This document shows, one piece after another, positions 16,321 through 24,715 of a DNA stretch of 24,728 bases. This DNA comes from a candidate division FCPU426 bacterium (GTDB lineage Bacteria; Oederibacteriota; JAAXVQ01; JAUVAV01). The notes beneath the pieces were generated by a model. It searched no databases. It saw nothing but the letters and a program-made list of their open reading frames with translations, and was not told where the DNA came from. Both the position numbers and the translations under genes were made by a program. Each line of letters starts with the position of its first letter. The first letter of the stretch is position 1. The stretch spans positions 1-24,728 of the forward strand of contig DAOWGI010000056.1 of assembly GCA_030637655.1 (NCBI GenBank), written 5' to 3'.

Positions 16321-18618
16321 CTACTGAAAACGCAATTTGCCTTCTGTAATTTTTACTTCACCCAATTTTACCTGGCCAGGAATTTTTTCCATTGGAATCA
16401 GAGGATTATAATCTTGCAGGCCCCAATGCACAAGAGTTTTAGGTATCAATACCCGGGCAATAGTGATGCGCTTTATCTCAAACCAGAGATTATCCGATTG
16501 CGTGTGAATAGTATCCGGTTTCACTTCTAAAGCTACGTCCACCTCAGCTTGCGGTTTGTCCAGCCAACGGGCCTGAATCATTCCCTCTTTAAAAAAGAGC
16601 CGCAATTTTCGTTCATCACCCTTGGCCTTGGCCAGCGCTTGATTCACCTTCTGATCCTGTAATTCAATCTCATTCACTACCAGGCTGCCCAAGCTGATAA
16701 TCTCAAGCCGGTGTTTCTGAGCCGCTTCCAGATCCAGCACCAGTTGTGATATGGTAATATCCAATACTTCAAACGGAAGACCCAGGTCTTGGTGTTGAAA
16801 ATCTCCGAGTTCGCCGCCAATAGCGCGGATACGCAGCTGCTCAAATTCTCCGCAACGAATTTTTTCCGTAGAAAATGGCTCCATGAATATCTGCAAGTCT
16901 TCCGTATTTCTGACATATTTGGCCAGCCCGGACCGGATATTGTTTTCCAGAGTATAGAACACTTGGCTGATGCTTTTATCCTGTGTGATTTCCATATTTT
17001 TAGTCAAAAGACTCACTCTCGCTTGTTCTTGTTCCTGCTCCCAGGACAGGCACTGGTTTTCCAGTTTGGCAATGGTCAACACCCGCACTTGGCCTACCAG
17101 CAAAGCATGCGTAATCACATGCGGATAATCTGCCGGCAGGGCACGGAAACCATTGTCCAAATAATATTGCGCCCGATCCAATTCTTTGATAAACACTAAC
17201 CGCTGCCGTGCTGCTCTGGGCAGCAGGCGCGCACTGTCTGCCAACACCGGATCGGTCTCATATACTTTGATCATCTTAGCATCCTCCTGCGCAAGCAGGG
17301 TTTGCAGTCCGTGATAAAAAGTCAGCCCCCAGTAGTCCAATGCAAATTTGCCGTGCGCGCCTTGAATCCCGCCTATTCCCTGTTGAAAAAAGAGGTGTTG
17401 ATTCGGATGCATACGAACCATTGTCAACAACACACACATCAGGTAACAAGCGAGCAGGCTAATAAATGTCCAAGTTAGGATGGAAATCCGTTGCTTGGAT
17501 ATTTTGCTCTTCAGCCAAAGGTACGCTGATTTTCCTCCCTGAATCGCAATCAACAACATGGCTGGATAAATAAAATACAGATGCCGCCAACCATTATACA
17601 GGACAGACCGGAATAAAATTACTGCGCCCAAGGGCAGAAAAAACCAGAGCAAGAAAATCACATCCATTTTTCTGTTTCGCAAAACCCATAATGGCTGCTT
17701 AATCAATTCCTTAGTAAAAACCAGGAGTCCCAGTATGAATCCCAGCGAATATAGAATCGGCGTGGTAATAAAAATCCAGACTGGCGCGTAATGCCAGGGC
17801 AAGGCATCGGATTTTACCATTTTTCCCAAGTAGAGCATCTCCCCCAACCAGGGAAAACGGCTCATTTCTTTCAACGCCAGGACAAGATTGGCCAACGGTT
17901 GTTTCCAGAGCGTGGGCCAAAACAGAATCATCAGGACAAAAAAGAGCAGACCATAAACCAATAAACGTGATCCCTCCATAATCCATTGCTTCCTATCCTG
18001 CCGAACAACATAGATATCCCAGCCCTGCAACAGACTGGTAAACATCGGAACCAGCAGACCCAACACCCGAATATCCACAACCAGAGCGCAGCTGAGTGCG
18101 TGCCCTATCACCCACCACCAATTTTTTTTATCCAAGTATTGCTGTAAAGTATACATACTAATAATAAACAGACATAAAAAAGGCAAATCTTTGGAATTAA
18201 AAAAAGCATGCGCAAAGATGCGAGGACTGAGTATCAGGAGCAAAGCTCCCAGTATTCCCCAGCCCCAATGCCTAAAGTGATGTTTACAGAACAAATAGAA
18301 AAACCAGACCGCAGTAAAAAATAATAAAAAATTTAAGGTGTGACGGAGCAGGTATTTATGCTGTGTATCTTTGAGATGTAATATTTTTTCCGCACCAAAT
18401 AAAAACAGCTCAAAGGCCGGTCCGTAAATATTATCTTTATAGGTAACCAGTCGTTGGTCCCCGGCAAAGATATAATTCCAATTGATTTCACCATAACGCC
18501 GCTGTGTGGGTTCGGCAATGGAAAGACCGTAATCTTTAACAATCACTAATCCTACAATGAACAAGACTACAAAAAATAGCAATACTGTGGTTTTTTGAAC
18601 TGTTTGACTTAAATTCAA
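16321..18618 (-). CDS. GT-C glycosyltransferase (GT39/PMT-like) with C-terminal DUF2993/LmeA-like domain
   Basis: DYGLS..E, YGPAFE, SPRIFAHAFFNSKDLPF, LPWHYAPVWIFITTP, LYNGWRHLYFIYP and LDYWG motifs; TTG start. Confidence 0.8.
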   Translation of the reverse strand: MNLSQTVQKTTVLLFFVVLFIVGLVIVKDYGLSIAEPTQRRYGEINWNYIFAGDQRLVTYKDNIYGPAFELFLFGAEKILHLKDTQHKYLLRHTLNFLLFFTAVWFFYLFCKHHFRHWGWGILGALLLILSPRIFAHAFFNSKDLPFLCLFIISMYTLQQYLDKKNWWWVIGHALSCALVVDIRVLGLLVPMFTSLLQGWDIYVVRQDRKQWIMEGSRLLVYGLLFFVLMILFWPTLWKQPLANLVLALKEMSRFPWLGEMLYLGKMVKSDALPWHYAPVWIFITTPILYSLGFILGLLVFTKELIKQPLWVLRNRKMDVIFLLWFFLPLGAVILFRSVLYNGWRHLYFIYPAMLLIAIQGGKSAYLWLKSKISKQRISILTWTFISLLACYLMCVLLTMVRMHPNQHLFFQQGIGGIQGAHGKFALDYWGLTFYHGLQTLLAQEDAKMIKVYETDPVLADSARLLPRAARQRLVFIKELDRAQYYLDNGFRALPADYPHVITHALLVGQVRVLTIAKLENQCLSWEQEQEQARVSLLTKNMEITQDKSISQVFYTLENNIRSGLAKYVRNTEDLQIFMEPFSTEKIRCGEFEQLRIRAIGGELGDFQHQDLGLPFEVLDITISQLVLDLEAAQKHRLEIISLGSLVVNEIELQDQKVNQALAKAKGDERKLRLFFKEGMIQARWLDKPQAEVDVALEVKPDTIHTQSDNLWFEIKRITIARVLIPKTLVHWGLQDYNPLIPMEKIPGQVKLGEVKITEGKLRFQ

Positions 18619-18734
18619 AGTAAAGCCTCAAGGATACTTTTTGGCCATTATAGTACTATGTAAAAAAATATTGGCCTTTTTGCTGAAAATAGGCGGGACT
18701 TCCCATAAAAAGGGCTTTCCGCAACAGAAATTAA

Positions 18735-19556
18735 TTATTCTTTCAAACAAAATATTACATTAAAATACCGCGGCACATTTGAATCGCTGCTTATAGCATG
18801 ATTATGTAAATATGCCGTCGCTCCCCCGGTTTGTCCTGAAAAAGAATGATTATGCCAAATAGGTGCAGTACCTGTTGTGGATGCCATTGCACCACTTTGG
18901 GAGCTGGATGCTGGATTAGTTCCTGTTGTCCCACTATAACTGTGTGTATGATCTACCCCGCCGTTCTGCGTTGCACCACCATGACTATGCGAATCCGCAC
19001 CTCCGGCGTATTCCCCTGAATACGAGCCCGCCCCTCTCGGAAAGAGTCCGTCTAATTCAGTTAATCGCCGGTATCCCACAGGACAGGATGCGCCTGTCCA
19101 TAATATAATTGTTCCACTTGGAACACCGTCATCCGCGGTTTTTGCATGGTTCGCTTCTTCCGCCCGCATGGCATAAGCCACACTCACGATCTGCTGACGT
19201 CCGAATGTTTCATCAACACTATCGATCCTAACGGTCAATTCCATCCAAAGATTCTGATCAAAATCCGGCAAGACGGATGTGCCGCCTAAAATCACATTGA
19301 ATGATCCGCCTGCCACCTGGATTCCTCTCGTCTGGGCGATGTAGTGTTCCTCATTCCACACTTCAGTCCCTCCGGTTTCCTGATCCCATAAAATAAATTT
19401 CATATCATACACACCATCTGCGACTATATTCCCCGCCTTATTTGTCAGCTTCCCGGAATAATTAATCAGCTTCGGTACTTCGGCAAATGCCGGCAGCACA
19501 CTGACAAAATATATTAATACAATTATAAACATTCCACCTGCTTTTTTCATAGCCAT
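18735..19556 (-). CDS. Secreted fibre-like protein: INYSGKLT N-terminal domain plus phage tail-collar-like domain with HxH repeats
   Basis: Signal peptide (PAFA-E); VPSGTIILWTG..CPVGY...LDGLFPRG...NVPRYFNVIFC collar signature; HSH, HTH, HNH and HNH motifs; AAGGAG RBS. Confidence 0.75.
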   Translation of the reverse strand: MAMKKAGGMFIIVLIYFVSVLPAFAEVPKLINYSGKLTNKAGNIVADGVYDMKFILWDQETGGTEVWNEEHYIAQTRGIQVAGGSFNVILGGTSVLPDFDQNLWMELTVRIDSVDETFGRQQIVSVAYAMRAEEANHAKTADDGVPSGTIILWTGASCPVGYRRLTELDGLFPRGAGSYSGEYAGGADSHSHGGATQNGGVDHTHSYSGTTGTNPASSSQSGAMASTTGTAPIWHNHSFSGQTGGATAYLHNHAISSDSNVPRYFNVIFCLKE

Positions 19557-19581
19557 CTCTCCTTTTCTTCTTTGTCATTTT

Positions 19582-20538
19582 TCAAAACTCATACTCCAAA
19601 CTCACCTTGTGACTTATCCCCATATCCCCCTGGGGTGCCAGGGCATAATCCACTTTCCAGTTTTGGTACGCAATACCGGCGCCGCCGGTAATACCAATGA
19701 AATTCGTCGTGGTGTGTCCGAAATTCTGATTCCACCCCAGCCGTATCTGAAACAGTTTCAAACAGGTGTATTCAATCCCTGCACTGGCTATGGGATTCTC
19801 GTCATGTTTGAGGTTGAGGTCCGCCAAAAGTATAAAAATATCATCAGCTGTGAAACCGCAGGGCAGTGTGTACAGAATACCGGTTTTTAAAATCATGGGA
19901 AGCAGGCGGTTTTCTTCGGCTATGCCCACATTGAGCAAGGCCAAGCCGCTGACCAAATCCCGGGAAATACGGTACTGCGCGCCAAAATCCAGGGAGCCTA
20001 AAAACCTGGCATCAGTATCGATCTGATCATACGCCAGTTGCAAGCCAACACCGATAGAAATATTTTCAGCCGCTGACATGGCTAATCCGGCTTTGCCTGC
20101 AAGTACATAAGGCGTGTAGGTTTCATTACCCGGAAGCGGATTGCCGCCGGCATCCATCCCCCACTTCCTGATGAAACCAAAATTGATGTATCTCAACTCT
20201 GCGCCAAAAACACTGTTCTCATAGACCGGCTGAGCATAGGCCAAATGTTCAAGATTAATGGCACTGATCCAGGCATGATGGCTTAGCATAATACGCCGCG
20301 TGCTGATACCCAGTAATCCTGCGGGATTCCAATACAAAGCATTAATATCCCCTGACATAGCGGTAAAGGCATTGCCAAGACCGCTCGGCCGGGCGCCGGC
20401 AGGAATGAGTAAATATTTGGCTGCGGTTGAGGCTGAAGACAATATTTCCACTTCTGCTGCTGCCAACTGAGGCAGCAAGGCCAAAAGCCATAGAAGCATT
20501 GCAGCCTTCCTCATATTCATCATCCTTTCACCCCCCAT
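19582..20538 (-). CDS. PorV/PorQ-family outer-membrane beta-barrel
   Basis: YLLIPAGARPSGLGNAFTA...ALYWNPAGL N-terminal motif; C-terminal VDYA...SHKVSLEYEF. The true start is probably ATG 20523-20514. Confidence 0.85.
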   Translation of the reverse strand: MGGERMMNMRKAAMLLWLLALLPQLAAAEVEILSSASTAAKYLLIPAGARPSGLGNAFTAMSGDINALYWNPAGLLGISTRRIMLSHHAWISAINLEHLAYAQPVYENSVFGAELRYINFGFIRKWGMDAGGNPLPGNETYTPYVLAGKAGLAMSAAENISIGVGLQLAYDQIDTDARFLGSLDFGAQYRISRDLVSGLALLNVGIAEENRLLPMILKTGILYTLPCGFTADDIFILLADLNLKHDENPIASAGIEYTCLKLFQIRLGWNQNFGHTTTNFIGITGGAGIAYQNWKVDYALAPQGDMGISHKVSLEYEF

Positions 20539-22317
20539 TTATCGCAAAACCGCAAACGCCTTGGTTATCACTGCTTCCTGACCTGTAACCAGCTCACGCG
20601 CTGTCAAACGGAAAAAATAAGTTCCATTGACCCAATCTCCTATATCCAATTGCAAGCGGTTGATTCCCGTCAGGCCGGAATAATTTTGTAGGCTGATTTT
20701 TCTTCCAGCTGCATCATAAAATTCCAATTTAATTTCTGCCGGTTTTGACAAAAAATAACGGAGATTGAATCTACCGTCACGCACAGGCGAAGGCGCTACC
20801 CAAACTTCTTGTTCAGGGCAAAAACTATTGCGATTTATGTCAAGCGCATAGTGCGAAACATGGCCCGGGTTTCCTAAAAGATCAATGGCGCGGATATGAA
20901 AATAGTATTTCCCATTCGCCAGATTGGAGTAACTAATGCTGGTAACATTAGACGCTTTTTGCACTGTTGAACCGGGATCTGTGGAGGCTTGCGTGTCAAG
21001 CAATAGCGCGAACCCGGCAATTCCAATGCCGCCCTCATTATCCCGGCTTACCCAGCTAAATTCAGGATAATTATTGCCCGAAGACTTTGCGCCAACATTA
21101 CTCTGGCAGGTAATAACCGGAGCCGCGGGGTCTATATCATCGCGCAGAGCGTGAAAAATCTGCGTAGCCGTACCGGCGGCGGCATAACTATAATAAATAT
21201 TGAAATTGCCGCGATCAGCGGCCAGCCGGGGAGAACTGACACTTGTGCCGTAAGAAAACCCGCTGTCTTCGCCCCATGACACACCTTGGTCCAAACTCAT
21301 ATTAAAACGAATCCGGTAATTGCCGGCATCATTATAGACCCAGGCTGCTATCATTTTACTGCCAAATACCGCCAATACCGGTTCTGAACAAATACCTGTA
21401 CTGGTCGATATGGTTAATTCAGAAAGCAAGCCCACATCCGCTTTGCCAATACGCAGCATGACTGCTGTTCCATTCGCTTGTTGCCATAAGGCATAAAAAT
21501 CATCATTGCAAAAGGTTACATAGGGCGCTTCACAATCATCTGTGGAAGCATTGGATAAAAAATAATTATTGTTCCATGTTTCCCCCAAATCCGCAGACTC
21601 CCGATATTTGATTTGTTCATATCCGCCGATGCTTTCCTGCCAATAGGCCAACAAGCGCGCAGACCCAAATGCAATGCCTGGATGAGAAGCTGAAAAGCTG
21701 TTTAGAACCATGGGTGTGGATAAATTCAATCCATCAGCCGGGCCTTTGCGGTACTTGATCTGGCTGGTTTCTTCATCCTGCCAGATTAAATGCAGTGTAT
21801 TCATATTATCCACCGTTATAGCCGGAGATTTCGCGCGAACTACGCTGGTGACCGACCCTGCCACAACAACGGGATTGCTCCAGGTATTTCCATCATCCAG
21901 GCTCCGGCTGAAATAAAGCTGTATATTACCGCCATAATATTCTTCCCAAACAGCATAGATATTATTGCTTGTATCTGAGCACAAACACGCGCTACCTGCC
22001 TGAATACCTCCGGTTTCATTAGATAACACGGTATGCATAGACCAGTTATGATCTGCGTCCGGTTTGCGCTGGTAATACAAAGCTTGCATGCCGGTGCGGT
22101 TATCAAGAAACAGGAGATGCTGCGTACCATTCGGTGTAATCACTACATCCGCGACATCGACTGTATTGGGGCTATTAGTAATCTGTGTTTCGCTGCTCCA
22201 ATAAGAAAGCGCTAAGACGCGGGTCGCAATTGTCAAAAGTAACAGAATCAGGATGCAATATTTTTTCAAAACTTTGCCTCTTACATTCAATTTGGGGGTG
22301 CTGAAATAGTCACACAT
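20539..22317 (-). CDS. Secreted BNR/Asp-box beta-propeller protein with FnIII-like domain and T9SS-like CTD
   Basis: Asp-boxes SLDDGNTW, SADLGETW and SLDQGVSW; YYFHIRAIDLLGN; WVAPSP...NGTYFFRL...AVLR CTD. Likely start TTG 22269 (GAGG RBS). Confidence 0.75.
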   Translation of the reverse strand: MCDYFSTPKLNVRGKVLKKYCILILLLLTIATRVLALSYWSSETQITNSPNTVDVADVVITPNGTQHLLFLDNRTGMQALYYQRKPDADHNWSMHTVLSNETGGIQAGSACLCSDTSNNIYAVWEEYYGGNIQLYFSRSLDDGNTWSNPVVVAGSVTSVVRAKSPAITVDNMNTLHLIWQDEETSQIKYRKGPADGLNLSTPMVLNSFSASHPGIAFGSARLLAYWQESIGGYEQIKYRESADLGETWNNNYFLSNASTDDCEAPYVTFCNDDFYALWQQANGTAVMLRIGKADVGLLSELTISTSTGICSEPVLAVFGSKMIAAWVYNDAGNYRIRFNMSLDQGVSWGEDSGFSYGTSVSSPRLAADRGNFNIYYSYAAAGTATQIFHALRDDIDPAAPVITCQSNVGAKSSGNNYPEFSWVSRDNEGGIGIAGFALLLDTQASTDPGSTVQKASNVTSISYSNLANGKYYFHIRAIDLLGNPGHVSHYALDINRNSFCPEQEVWVAPSPVRDGRFNLRYFLSKPAEIKLEFYDAAGRKISLQNYSGLTGINRLQLDIGDWVNGTYFFRLTARELVTGQEAVITKAFAVLR

Positions 22318-22324
22318 CGTATCT

Positions 22325-22352
22325 GTAGGGGCGTTTAATTAAACGCCCCTAC
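22325..22352. repeat. GTAG-type REP-like perfect palindrome (28 bp)
   Basis: GTAGGGGCGTTTAA|TTAAACGCCCCTAC, intergenic. Confidence 0.85.
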
Positions 22353-22361
22353 CAGGACATA

Positions 22362-23318
22362 TTATAATTTCAATATCATTGTCAAACGATGCGTATCAGA
22401 CAATCCATCTATCATGATGCCATAGGCATAATCCAGCTGCCAAGTCCGGAAGCGGTATCCAACGCCTCCGTAAATACCTTGCGTATCCAGGCCACCGCGG
22501 ATAGCCACGAAATCCCATACCTGCCATTCGATGCCCGTATGCGGGATTATTTTCCAAGCCCGGGGAATTTCAATATCCAGGGAGGTGGTCAGGGGAAGCG
22601 AAGCAAACTTATACACCCCCCCCAGTCTAAGGGTGGGATATACAGACTCTTGTCTTCCTGTACTCCACACCAGACCCGGACTCATGTTTCTGAGCACCGC
22701 ACCAAATGCCCATTGCGACCATTCTTTTTTCGGATTAAAATAGCCGGCTATATCCAAACCAACGCCTTGCCCGTATTCACCCGCAACTTGATGATGATAG
22801 TATTTAAGGGCAGCGCCTACTTTCCATTCCGGGTTCAAGGTAAGCCCGTACGCCAAGGCAAACGCATTCTGAAAATCTTCTGTTGCTCCAAGCAGTTGTC
22901 CGCCGGCAGTACGCACCTCAATGGCTCCAATCCGGTTATGCTGCCAGCTGACACCCACACTGCCATATCCCTTTGGCAGCGTCACAATGTAACTGGCAAA
23001 TGCAGCCCGTCTTTCCAAAGTCATAGGCAGGGCCATGGCGGAAATTTGTACTTCATACGGCCTCAGTTCATCTAAAAAGGCCGGGTTCCAATAAACCGCT
23101 GCGCCGTCATCCGGACGGGCTGTAAACGCACCACCCAAAGCATGCGCGCAGGAAGTTAGGGATAATTTCAACCAGGCCAGATTGTCCAGACGGTATCCGC
23201 TGTCTTCTGCAGTGGCCTGGCATGCCAAAAATGTCAACACACAAACGCACACATAGATTAACCGTTTACACTGGTACATGAAAATTTCCCACCCTTGAAA
23301 GTATATATTCATGGGCAC
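22362..23318 (-). CDS. PorV/PorQ-family outer-membrane beta-barrel
   Basis: ALGGAFTA..DDGAAVYWNPA motif; C-terminal LDYAY...THRLTMILKL. Likely start ATG 23279. Confidence 0.8.
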   Translation of the reverse strand: MPMNIYFQGWEIFMYQCKRLIYVCVCVLTFLACQATAEDSGYRLDNLAWLKLSLTSCAHALGGAFTARPDDGAAVYWNPAFLDELRPYEVQISAMALPMTLERRAAFASYIVTLPKGYGSVGVSWQHNRIGAIEVRTAGGQLLGATEDFQNAFALAYGLTLNPEWKVGAALKYYHHQVAGEYGQGVGLDIAGYFNPKKEWSQWAFGAVLRNMSPGLVWSTGRQESVYPTLRLGGVYKFASLPLTTSLDIEIPRAWKIIPHTGIEWQVWDFVAIRGGLDTQGIYGGVGYRFRTWQLDYAYGIMIDGLSDTHRLTMILKL

Positions 23319-23334
23319 ACACAGTACGCGCCTG

Positions 23335-24591
23335 TCATTTTACAACCGAAAATTTTTCTGTCTGCAAGATGGTTCTTTTCCCACTCTGTGTTTGTATTAT
23401 GACCCTATACAAATATACGCCCCGGCTGATTTTATTCAGCGGCAAAATAGAATACTGATAGCCGGACGGTTTATTATCCCTTATTTTCGCAATACGTTCG
23501 CCAACTACATTATATATCTCGATTATGACTTTGCTGGACTCTTCGCAGAAATAAATGAACCGCACTTCCGGTCCTGTAGCAGGATTCGGATAAGCAGCAC
23601 TTTTTTCTGCTGCTATGACGGGTTTGGTATCAAAAACCACATCAATAGTTTTAGGGCTGCTTTCCAAATCAAGTTCTACAGCCTCTATCACTTGGGGATA
23701 ATATCCAAAATAATTAAACCGTAGCTGATAGGTAGCAAAAGGCAGTTCTGTTATTTGATAGGTCCCTTGCGCAACGGTTATGGTTTCCTGTTGCTTTTGC
23801 CCGTTACGCCATGCTTCTACTACCACCCCACTTAAGCCGAATCCGGTTACGACTGTGGTGACTATTCCCTGAATGGCTCCACTCATAATGATTTGAATTT
23901 GATAGACTGCCTCTGTCCCTGGATTTCCACTCTGATCCCTGGCAACACAGTGGAAATACCAGATCCCATTACCAACTAGAGTATAGCTCTTCTGCGCTGT
24001 GGTCACATATTCCCAGCCTGATTCTGAAACCAAGGTATTAAGAACAGCGTTTTTATCCAACTTAACATAATAACCGGCTACGCTTTGGCTTTGACCAGAA
24101 TCCCCGGAATGCACCCAATAAAAGCTCGGATTGGCATGGGCATAGGGCTGACCAGCCTTGGGATGGGTTGAGGATAATATTATTGGCGCATTCGGTCCGC
24201 CCTGGTCCGAGACTGCTGAGGCTTGATAATTACCCCTGCTTTCTTCTATGCCGCCAACCACAGCCTGTGCCACATAAAAATAACGCTTCCCGCCAATTAA
24301 ATTGCCCTTGTCATCCACATAATCCGGTTGAACAGTATCGCCGGCTAAACTGATTTTTTCTCCTTTAACACCAAAAGTAACTGATCGATATATATTATAA
24401 TGTTCACTGCCTGGTATGGCTGACCAAGACAAAGCAATATCTCCGCCAGGTTCTGAAGTAGCAGTCAAATCCGTAATGGAATGGATCTGCGCAGATACTA
24501 TGACTGCCATGCGCTTGTTCCCGGTAATTTGCTCATTATAGGCCACATCTACAGGCCGGATTTCGTAATAATACTGGATATTCCCAAGCAA
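23335..24591 (-). CDS. FnIII / carboxypeptidase-regulatory-like domain protein with T9SS type-A CTD; probably 5'-truncated
   Basis: LSWSAIPGSEHYNIYRS, WYFHCVARDQSGN, GAIQGIV...GTYQI and AYPNP...IYNVVGE...GVYLYRV...SVVK motifs. No signal peptide; in-frame TGA five codons upstream of the TTG. Confidence 0.75.
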   Translation of the reverse strand: MLGNIQYYYEIRPVDVAYNEQITGNKRMAVIVSAQIHSITDLTATSEPGGDIALSWSAIPGSEHYNIYRSVTFGVKGEKISLAGDTVQPDYVDDKGNLIGGKRYFYVAQAVVGGIEESRGNYQASAVSDQGGPNAPIILSSTHPKAGQPYAHANPSFYWVHSGDSGQSQSVAGYYVKLDKNAVLNTLVSESGWEYVTTAQKSYTLVGNGIWYFHCVARDQSGNPGTEAVYQIQIIMSGAIQGIVTTVVTGFGLSGVVVEAWRNGQKQQETITVAQGTYQITELPFATYQLRFNYFGYYPQVIEAVELDLESSPKTIDVVFDTKPVIAAEKSAAYPNPATGPEVRFIYFCEESSKVIIEIYNVVGERIAKIRDNKPSGYQYSILPLNKISRGVYLYRVIIQTQSGKRTILQTEKFSVVK

Positions 24592-24684
24592 TGGGCATAA
24601 TACTCAAAAAGTGTTGGTTTTTTGAATATTAAATGCCATAAAAGTATTTAAAAACAATATTTTTAATATAACTTTGTACTCACA

Positions 24685-24704
24685 TTATCAAACCGGTTTG
24701 ATAA
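24685..24704. promoter_or_regulatory. Perfect 20-bp palindrome, LacI-family-like operator
   Basis: TTATCAAACC|GGTTTGATAA directly upstream of AAGGAG-N6-ATG on the plus strand. Confidence 0.55.
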
Positions 24705-24715
24705 AGGAGCTTAGC

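Noticed and set aside
18647-18680. Promoter upstream of GT-C 16321..18618
   Set aside because: TATAAT is present on the minus strand, but there is no credible -35 or extended -10.
12044-19556. Prophage, tailocin or diversity-generating retroelement suggested by the tail-fibre-like genes
   Set aside because: No capsid, sheath, baseplate, integrase or reverse transcriptase in the window. The proteins carry signal peptides, and no template/variable repeat pair was noticed.
20539-22317. Calling the BNR protein a sialidase
   Set aside because: Asp-boxes are present, but no RIP motif or arginine triad could be identified; only the fold is supported.
6635-22352. CRISPR array suggested by ~30-bp palindromes
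   Set aside because: The copies are dispersed, non-identical and not separated by regular spacers; no cas genes.
22389-23075. 228-aa plus-strand ORF
   Set aside because: Lies entirely antisense to a well-supported PorV-family gene and has no recognisable motifs; treated as a shadow ORF.
1112-24353. Remaining short ORFs (60-140 aa) in the track that overlap the major genes
   Set aside because: All are nested in or antisense to longer genes with clear family motifs and show no independent evidence.
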